Virus record (IMG/VR): IMGVR_UViG_3300030098_002072
Coordinates: 1 to 31,185 of that record
Origin: a virus
Taxonomy: Duplodnaviria; Caudoviricetes
Strand: one strand, 5' to 3'
DNA: 31,185 nucleotides
Shown one piece after another: positions 25,643 to 31,185 of this stretch. Both the position numbers and the translations under genes were made by a program. The notes under the pieces are model-generated. The model worked only from the letters and a program-made list of their open reading frames with translations, had not been told where the DNA came from and ran no database searches. The number at the start of each line of letters is the position of its first letter. Within the stretch, counting starts at the first letter, position 1.

Positions 25643-26626
25643 TTACGATATAGTAATACTTATAATGTTTGCACTTTCATCAGCTGCAAAAGCTCTAAAA
25701 GGAATATTTTGCATCATGTAATCGCCATTTTCTGGCTGAGAATTATCTATCATTGCATCGGGAATTGATATTGTAAAACCACTAGATTCTGCTATATCAA
25801 TTGCAATACCTGCGCTATCGCCTTTTAAATTAGTTGCCAAATCCTCGATAGTATCATCACGCTTTACCATTAAACTACCAGTGACTTCGTATGGTCCGGT
25901 TTGACAATATCCATATGGATTGTAATTAGTAGTATCAATGTAGCCAACTCTGGCAAGCGGTCTAGCAATCGTTATTTCCCAGGAATTACAAACTACTGGT
26001 TGTGAGTTAACATTTTGCGTAGATAGTGAAAAAATATTTTTAGGTGTTGCAGTATCTAAAGTTTCACTGCTTGCAGCTAATGTATTTTCTACTGGACGAT
26101 AGCCAGTGACAAATGTTGATTCTACAACCATTTCTCCACCATTAGTGCCAATGTCTTCACGCATTGTCATTGAGGTGCAAAAACATCCTACCATGACTGA
26201 ACTAATATTTGATGCATCTGAACCACCGTTTTTAAATAGTAAAGTAACGGCATTAACTGTATTAGTATTGTGCTTCATTGTACCAGTAGATGATGCAGGA
26301 GTCAATGCTGCAGCACTTGTACCATCACCAAATAAAGGTAAACAAGACTTTAAAACCGCAGTAGGTGTGCCGCGCATTGTCAAGGTCACTTCGTACATCA
26401 TCGTATCTGGCCTGTGGTGTCCTTGAGATTCCAACTGACCATAAATACCACTTTTGTTAGGCGCTACGTCTATAGTTGCACCCGCTTGTTGTATGTTAAA
26501 ATCTGTGACTTGTAAAAAATTCCAGGTATCACTCGAAGCGTGTGATGTACCTAAAGCGACATTACTACCACTACTACCAATAGCAACAGATATATCCGAT
26601 CTGGATTGAAAATTAGTTTCAGCCAT
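25643..26626 (-). CDS. major tail tube protein
   Basis: 327 aa S/T-rich beta protein upstream of the chaperone pair; EVTGSL, ISIP.A patterns. Confidence 0.8.
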   Translation of the reverse strand: MAETNFQSRSDISVAIGSSGSNVALGTSHASSDTWNFLQVTDFNIQQAGATIDVAPNKSGIYGQLESQGHHRPDTMMYEVTLTMRGTPTAVLKSCLPLFGDGTSAAALTPASSTGTMKHNTNTVNAVTLLFKNGGSDASNISSVMVGCFCTSMTMREDIGTNGGEMVVESTFVTGYRPVENTLAASSETLDTATPKNIFSLSTQNVNSQPVVCNSWEITIARPLARVGYIDTTNYNPYGYCQTGPYEVTGSLMVKRDDTIEDLATNLKGDSAGIAIDIAESSGFTISIPDAMIDNSQPENGDYMMQNIPFRAFAADESANIISITIS

Positions 26627-26802
26627 TATTTAGTTTCCTTTTTAATTATCGGTTCTAAATGCTTTTCTAAGTCTTTAGGCACTTCAGTTACCTCAACTGA
26701 CTCACCACTGAGCAAAATCTTATGTTTGTTTTTACTCCAGTATGCACAAAAATTTTTTTCATCTGAAAGTTTAAAATAACTTTCTTTTGCTTTATATTTC
26801 AC
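26626..26802 (-). CDS. small hypothetical protein (58 aa)
   Basis: GTG start overlapping upstream TGA; KYKAKESYFKLSDEKNFCAYW...; TAATG overlap with tail tube gene. Confidence 0.7.
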   Translation of the reverse strand: MKYKAKESYFKLSDEKNFCAYWSKNKHKILLSGESVEVTEVPKDLEKHLEPIIKKETK

Positions 26803-27236
26803 GATATGATCTCCATAACTTTAAAACTTGCTTCTATGTTTGCTTCAAGTAAGTTGCTATCGTCATCATTGCGTGAATATTCTATGTTGTTTACCATAGC
26901 ATTATGCCACTGGCGCTCACTTGAAACTGTATAATTTTCATTGTTTTTTATCAATCTTTTTATTCTTTCAGCAACTAAACTAACTTGCTTAATACTATTT
27001 TTTGTGTAGTTACCACCAAAATCAATTTGATAATTGATGTTGATTGTATACTCACGAACCGATCCAGTAGTCAGTTGACTATCTAATGAATCTGATACTG
27101 GAGTTACCAAAAAACTTTGGTTTGGCCTATCTGATGTGTCATCATAAAGAATCGCTATGTTAAACTCATCAGCAAGTATCGTATGCAAATTGTCAATAAC
27201 TTTTTCGTAGATGACATTAGTATAAGTAATAGCCAT
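26799..27236 (-). CDS. tail terminator / completion protein
   Basis: 145 aa acidic protein upstream of tail tube; call from size and position. Confidence 0.6.
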   Translation of the reverse strand: MAITYTNVIYEKVIDNLHTILADEFNIAILYDDTSDRPNQSFLVTPVSDSLDSQLTTGSVREYTININYQIDFGGNYTKNSIKQVSLVAERIKRLIKNNENYTVSSERQWHNAMVNNIEYSRNDDDSNLLEANIEASFKVMEIIS

Positions 27237-27260
27237 CTACTTACACCTTAACAGATGACA

Positions 27261-28241
27261 TCATCGGTATACCTGACCAGACTTAACGCTACCTATTGGT
27301 ATGGTGTCAGATTGAAAGATCACTGACCATTCATCATTGAGTGTATACACTCCCGCCTGGAATCTGATTTCAGCTCCATAAGCTAGTTCTTGGTAGTCTC
27401 CATTAATAACTTCACCATCAATACTCTTATTCATGCGCAAGCCATCTTCATTCTTAATAAATACATCATACTTAACTGTACTTGTGGTCCCAGGCGAAAA
27501 TGTGCCTGCATTGCTGATAACGACTCGCACTTCATCGTATGATACGCTAGGCGGTTGATTTATCATTATATCTTCTATGTAACCAGTAGTAGATCCATTA
27601 ATAGAAATCTCTGATATAATACCAGATTCTGATCTAAAAGAAGTTTCATTGGCCATCACATATTCTTTGCGCTTCAGCTTATCTAATAGTCCGGTGCCTT
27701 CCTCATTAGTTGCCATTGCTTCTATTTCTGCTGCGCGCTCTGGATCTTGACTGCGCACCAGGTCAGCGCAGGCAAGTATTGCATTAATTCTTATTACGAT
27801 AAAATCATATTCGCGATCAGCAGCGCCTTGATAATTGGAATTACCACGCTTGTATATTGGTCTATTAAGATAGCTACGCATCCGATCTGCTTGTTCTTTG
27901 CACACTGTAGTCTTTAAACTATCCCAATCTTGACCGGCTTCAAAAACTTTTGCATTTAATGCACTTACGCTTGATGATGCTAAAAAGTATTGTACAGAAT
28001 CAGTGCTAGAACTGTAATTTGCTTCGTTATCTGCGTTAGGAGTATCTGTCACCATACTTGCTTCAATTTGGTCAACAAACAACTGGGAAATGCTTCCAGT
28101 GCCATTTAGCTGATACAAATTTGACGCGTCTGTTGTAGACCAACTAGATGGTAAAATGCGCTTACGATCATAGCGATCTATGTCACTTACAATTGCTTGT
28201 AAGTCAGTAGTGTTGTTACAAAATGCAGTATAATAACTCAT
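27261..28241 (-). CDS. head-tail adaptor-like protein with extra domains
   Basis: FC...DL N-terminus, A....SYL, I...LA helical adaptor pattern; position before tail terminator. Confidence 0.5.
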   Translation of the reverse strand: MSYYTAFCNNTTDLQAIVSDIDRYDRKRILPSSWSTTDASNLYQLNGTGSISQLFVDQIEASMVTDTPNADNEANYSSSTDSVQYFLASSSVSALNAKVFEAGQDWDSLKTTVCKEQADRMRSYLNRPIYKRGNSNYQGAADREYDFIVIRINAILACADLVRSQDPERAAEIEAMATNEEGTGLLDKLKRKEYVMANETSFRSESGIISEISINGSTTGYIEDIMINQPPSVSYDEVRVVISNAGTFSPGTTSTVKYDVFIKNEDGLRMNKSIDGEVINGDYQELAYGAEIRFQAGVYTLNDEWSVIFQSDTIPIGSVKSGQVYR

Positions 28242-28438
28242 GCGAATGCTAACTCTCTATTATTAGGTAAAATGGTGACATCGGGTATCGGTGTTGACAT
28301 AATAATTTCCATCATAATGTATAGTGTCAGTTTGTGATTTATCTTACTATTATCTAACTCTTGACACATCAGTTGTAATGTTTCCATAACGCGTATAAGA
28401 TTATCTATTTTTTGACTATCATCCATATTTAGATACAA
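28238..28438 (-). CDS. hypothetical protein
   Basis: 66-aa ORF with ATGA overlap to the next gene. Confidence 0.55.
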   Translation of the reverse strand: MYLNMDDSQKIDNLIRVMETLQLMCQELDNSKINHKLTLYIMMEIIMSTPIPDVTILPNNRELAFA

Positions 28439-28907
28439 TCTCCATAAAATGCTTTTCAGTTCCTGCGCCCTTGGCAGTGTTATAAAACTTCTTCCATTGA
28501 CGTGCTTGCTCTTCTATAGTTTTTGGCAGTTTCTCTGGAACGCGTCGCCAGTGCATCCGACACATAAGAATTTGTGCTGCAATGTTTGTCGTGAGAATAA
28601 ACTTCCAGTCTTCATCTTTTGGATCGGTAAAATACTTAAGGTCAACATTACTGGCGCGACTTACATCCTTCATAAGCTCTGGTCTGTAGAATAAATAATT
28701 CTTAATACAATCAACGCTTGTCCAAGGTTCGATTTGGAAAAAACCACGCGCAATATTTGAGCCACCTTTTTGCATAAGATACACATACTTTGACTCAACT
28801 AAGCCAGTGTTGTAAACCAAATCAATTGCATCTGGTGTTGCGTATTTGTCACCTAGTTTTTGTAAAACCTCAGTGATGATGCGCTTCATTTGTTTTTTAT
28901 CTACCAT
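28419..28907 (-). CDS. endolysin, lysozyme/transglycosylase-like fold (putative)
   Basis: T..VES, ARGFFQIEP, P..LP, WKKFYNT..G.GT; start MVDKKQ; downstream of holin-like genes. Confidence 0.65.
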   Translation of the reverse strand: MVDKKQMKRIITEVLQKLGDKYATPDAIDLVYNTGLVESKYVYLMQKGGSNIARGFFQIEPWTSVDCIKNYLFYRPELMKDVSRASNVDLKYFTDPKDEDWKFILTTNIAAQILMCRMHWRRVPEKLPKTIEEQARQWKKFYNTAKGAGTEKHFMEIVSKYG

Positions 28908-28911
28908 TTTT

Positions 28912-29157
28912 TTACCATGCTTTACATGACCAATAGCGAGCTGTAAGTCGATTTTTTGCTGTTGAACATTTATGTCTTGCTCGAAATGATCTACGTCTTT
29001 CCGGGTTGTTTTTGCGTATACGCATATTAGGATCGCCAAAACGCACCAAACGCACAGTGCCATTTTGCTTTGCCAGTACCGCAAACTTTTTGGATTTACC
29101 TGGTGTGCGCTTTGGTTTATTGTATTTTGAAAAACGCTCTCCTCTATAGGTGATCAT
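28912..29157 (-). CDS. conserved basic phage protein
   Basis: KKFAV.....VRFGDP....RRRSFRARHKC....ARYWSC; start MITYRG. Confidence 0.75.
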   Translation of the reverse strand: MITYRGERFSKYNKPKRTPGKSKKFAVLAKQNGTVRLVRFGDPNMRIRKNNPERRRSFRARHKCSTAKNRLTARYWSCKAW

Positions 29158-29159
29158 TT

Positions 29160-29393
29160 TTAGAACTTCCAGACCAATCGTACGCAAGCCATAACAACAT
29201 CCATACATTCTTTGGCAATTGCTTCGCGCTCTTTCTCGGTGATTTTGCCATCTTTACTGGCTCTATGATATGTTCTTGCTACGTCTTTCAGCTCTTTAAT
29301 TACTAAACGATACTTAGTAGCTACCATTGTACCCATTACTGTAAATAATAACACTAACATATATGCAAAATTGGTTGCGTTTATCCAATCCAT
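29160..29393 (-). CDS. holin-like membrane protein
   Basis: N-terminal TM, DGKITEKE motif. Confidence 0.55.
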   Translation of the reverse strand: MDWINATNFAYMLVLLFTVMGTMVATKYRLVIKELKDVARTYHRASKDGKITEKEREAIAKECMDVVMACVRLVWKF

Positions 29394-29394
29394 T

Positions 29395-29487
29395 CTATTT
29401 TCTCCTAATTGACTTTTTAGTCATTTTCTTTTTCTTTTTCTTCGGACGGCCACGCTTAGTGCCGTACGTTCCAGGTCCTTTTGGCAT
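29395..29487 (-). CDS. 30-aa highly basic peptide with AT-hook-like KRGRPK
   Basis: MPKGPGTYGTKRGRPKKKKKKMTKKSIRRK; AGGAG RBS, TAATG overlap. Confidence 0.7.
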   Translation of the reverse strand: MPKGPGTYGTKRGRPKKKKKKMTKKSIRRK

Positions 29488-29618
29488 TACTTGCTCCTTT
29501 TTCTGATTTTCTTAATTTTTCCGCTTGCAGTCCTAGCGTATCTAAATTTTTTAGTTTCTCTAATTAATGTACCGTAGTAGCGCTTACCTCCAAACATCCA
29601 ACTCACTCTTTTAGCCAT
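29487..29618 (-). CDS. 43-aa basic protein
   Basis: MAKRVSWMFGGKRYYGTLIRETKKFRYARTASGKIKKIRKRSK; AGGAG RBS, TAATG overlap. Confidence 0.75.
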   Translation of the reverse strand: MAKRVSWMFGGKRYYGTLIRETKKFRYARTASGKIKKIRKRSK

Positions 29619-29833
29619 TACTGTTGCTCCTTCAATATTTGTTTAATTTCGTTAAGATCTCTTTTGATGTACTCAAACTGAACATCAACTACTTTTTGAT
29701 CAGCTTTATATTCTAAATCTTGCTCTAGCTGCGCAGTCTTTTCATTCATAGTACCCCAACCTAGCGCCAGTGAGAAACCTAGCATAGCAATTGTAATGAT
29801 ATTACCGATACTTATACCGCCTTGAATTTTCAT
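29618..29833 (-). CDS. TM + coiled-coil small protein (holin-like)
   Basis: Hydrophobic N-terminus followed by heptads. Confidence 0.6.
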   Translation of the reverse strand: MKIQGGISIGNIITIAMLGFSLALGWGTMNEKTAQLEQDLEYKADQKVVDVQFEYIKRDLNEIKQILKEQQ

Positions 29834-30108
29834 TTTCTTATCCGATCTAATTCTTTTTCTAAATACATAATGCGTTGATTTTGTTTGATATCAGCAGGAA
29901 TTTCAGCGTTTTGATTTGCTTCTGCATCTTCTTCAAGTCGTGTTATATGTTCTTCATTCATAGCGACCTGGTACTCTAGAAATGATATTCTAGTATTAAG
30001 TTGACCATAACCCCATACCATTGCGCCAATTAATCCAACTGCTTGAATTAACATTGGCAGTGAAATATTTAAACTGCTTGAATCTGATATTGGTTTAGTG
30101 TCTGCCAT
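29830..30108 (-). CDS. TM + coiled-coil small protein
   Basis: LPMLIQAVGLIGAMVWGY then heptads. Confidence 0.65.
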   Translation of the reverse strand: MADTKPISDSSSLNISLPMLIQAVGLIGAMVWGYGQLNTRISFLEYQVAMNEEHITRLEEDAEANQNAEIPADIKQNQRIMYLEKELDRIRK

Positions 30109-30415
30109 TTATCCGACTCACAGAACCTTTAACTTCAGCAATGTCTTGGCTCAGTTCATTTAATTCTTTTGTAATTGCTTCTCGGTGTGATTGACTAGTA
30201 CGGTCACTCACATTAAATCTATCTACTACTTTGATGGTCATTCCTTGAGTGTTACTCATTTCAGTAGATAACTTCATTAAATCTTGTTTGATGCGCTCTA
30301 GGTCTTCATTTTGAGCAGCTTGGCTTCTAATTAGGTTTACTATCATATAACCAAAAAAGATAGCCGTTAAGCCCGCAAATCCGAGTTCAGTGTATTGTGA
30401 CGCAAGAGATTCCAT
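30095..30415 (-). CDS. TM + coiled-coil protein (holin-like)
   Basis: LGFAGLTAIFFGYMIV then heptads, ends SRINGRH. Confidence 0.6.
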   Translation of the reverse strand: MESLASQYTELGFAGLTAIFFGYMIVNLIRSQAAQNEDLERIKQDLMKLSTEMSNTQGMTIKVVDRFNVSDRTSQSHREAITKELNELSQDIAEVKGSVSRINGRH

Positions 30416-30696
30416 TACTTCTTGCGCTTAAATGGATTTAATGAAAATTCTTGATACCATTTCTTTAGCTCCTCTACTTCTTGATCGTGTAAACTCTGTA
30501 ATTCATCAATACGCTCATCAAACTGTTGTGCCTGCGCTTCCAAATGATCAATTCTTGTCACTAAGGTGTGATATGTGTACACAATCGCACCCACAACCGC
30601 AATTACATTGACAAGAAAACGTATATTGATTGTTATATTCATTTGATCCGACCAGGTTGTCGCTGAAATTGAACGTGCATCTTTTATATCTCTCAT
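30415..30696 (-). CDS. TM + coiled-coil small protein
   Basis: FLVNVIAVVGAIVYTY then heptads. Confidence 0.65.
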   Translation of the reverse strand: MRDIKDARSISATTWSDQMNITINIRFLVNVIAVVGAIVYTYHTLVTRIDHLEAQAQQFDERIDELQSLHDQEVEELKKWYQEFSLNPFKRKK

Positions 30697-30983
30697 TGTA
30701 CACTTTTTAGGTCCTCATACCTATGATGATAATAACACCAGTGAGTGCCTTTGTATAAAGTGGTATACCAATGCACTGTGCTATCTTGATCAATAATCTC
30801 TTTAAAAATTGTAGAATAATGAGTTGAGTCTGGATGAATTGAATGACCAGTTATTGATAATGCTTGGCATCCAATTAACACGCGTAAAGCGATAATGCAG
30901 ACAATATTTAAAAATATTGCTTCTACATAGCTATTTTGTATCAGACTTCTGATCTTTTTCTTTAATTGCATTCTCATATCCAT
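30693..30983 (-). CDS. possible exported/lipoprotein-like protein (start uncertain)
   Basis: Hydrophobic stretch ending LIGC; ATGA overlap with next gene. Confidence 0.45.
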   Translation of the reverse strand: MDMRMQLKKKIRSLIQNSYVEAIFLNIVCIIALRVLIGCQALSITGHSIHPDSTHYSTIFKEIIDQDSTVHWYTTLYKGTHWCYYHHRYEDLKSVQ

Positions 30984-31068
30984 TAATAAGAAATTGAACT
31001 TCAGCTAGCTCTCTTTGAAGTAAAGCAAGTCTTGATTTAAGCTCTTTTATTCTATCTTGTTCGTTCAT
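30931..31068 (-). CDS. 45-aa coiled-coil protein
   Basis: MNEQDRIKELKSRLALLQRELAEVQFLINGYENAIKEKDQKSDTK. Confidence 0.6.
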   Translation of the reverse strand: MNEQDRIKELKSRLALLQRELAEVQFLINGYENAIKEKDQKSDTK

Positions 31069-31091
31069 TATTAATTATTTATTATTTGCCT

Positions 31092-31184
31092 CTACTCGCT
31101 AGGATCTTTTTCTTCTGTACTATTGCTTGATTCTTGTACTTTTAAAGGTTCAACTATTACCTTTCCATTGTCATCCGTCCAACT
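31092..31184 (-). CDS. 3' end of a probable tail-fibre-like gene (truncated by window)
   Basis: ...SWTDDNGKVIVEPLKVQESSNSTEEKDPSE*. Confidence 0.5.
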   Translation of the reverse strand, partial: SWTDDNGKVIVEPLKVQESSNSTEEKDPSE

Positions 31185-31185
31185 T

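Noticed and set aside
904-28694. Other short antisense or nested ORFs in the track (e.g. 1287, 1944, 2066, 3147, 3886, 23301, 24267, 26106)
   Set aside because: Overlap well-supported genes and lack RBSs or motifs.

Overview
Most of the genome of a temperate, tailed (siphovirus-like) phage in its excised form, with attP intact. It is probably circularly permuted, since both window ends cut minus-strand structural or tail-fibre-like genes. On the minus strand, 1-6922 holds the head and packaging module (capsid, scaffold, gpF/gpG-like genes, portal, TerL, TerS, HTH regulator), 8.9-16.85 kb holds replication, DNA-modification, recombination, xis and cro genes, and 19.2-31.2 kb holds tail, neck and lysis genes. 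The plus strand carries an AT-rich early cassette (7.2-8.7 kb), the repressor and a tyrosine integrase. Main oddities: (1) TerL is interrupted just before Walker B by a 52-nt out-of-frame gap, made of a 15-bp GUAA-tetraloop hairpin between two Gly codons (GGT...GGC), a candidate ribosomal bypass; (2) a GATAGACA(ACA) motif sits in six ribosome-binding regions and its complement lies in the loop of a stem-loop on the lytic early transcript, a candidate antisense-RNA regulon; (3) a C5 methyltransferase has motif IX in a nested +1 frame (EcoHK31I-type alpha/beta); (4) attP carries the 5' half of a CAT-anticodon tRNA; (5) a -1 frameshift in the tail chaperone; (6) a 9-bp repeat array, probably the origin. 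All protein calls come from motifs and gene order read by eye; no database searches were run.
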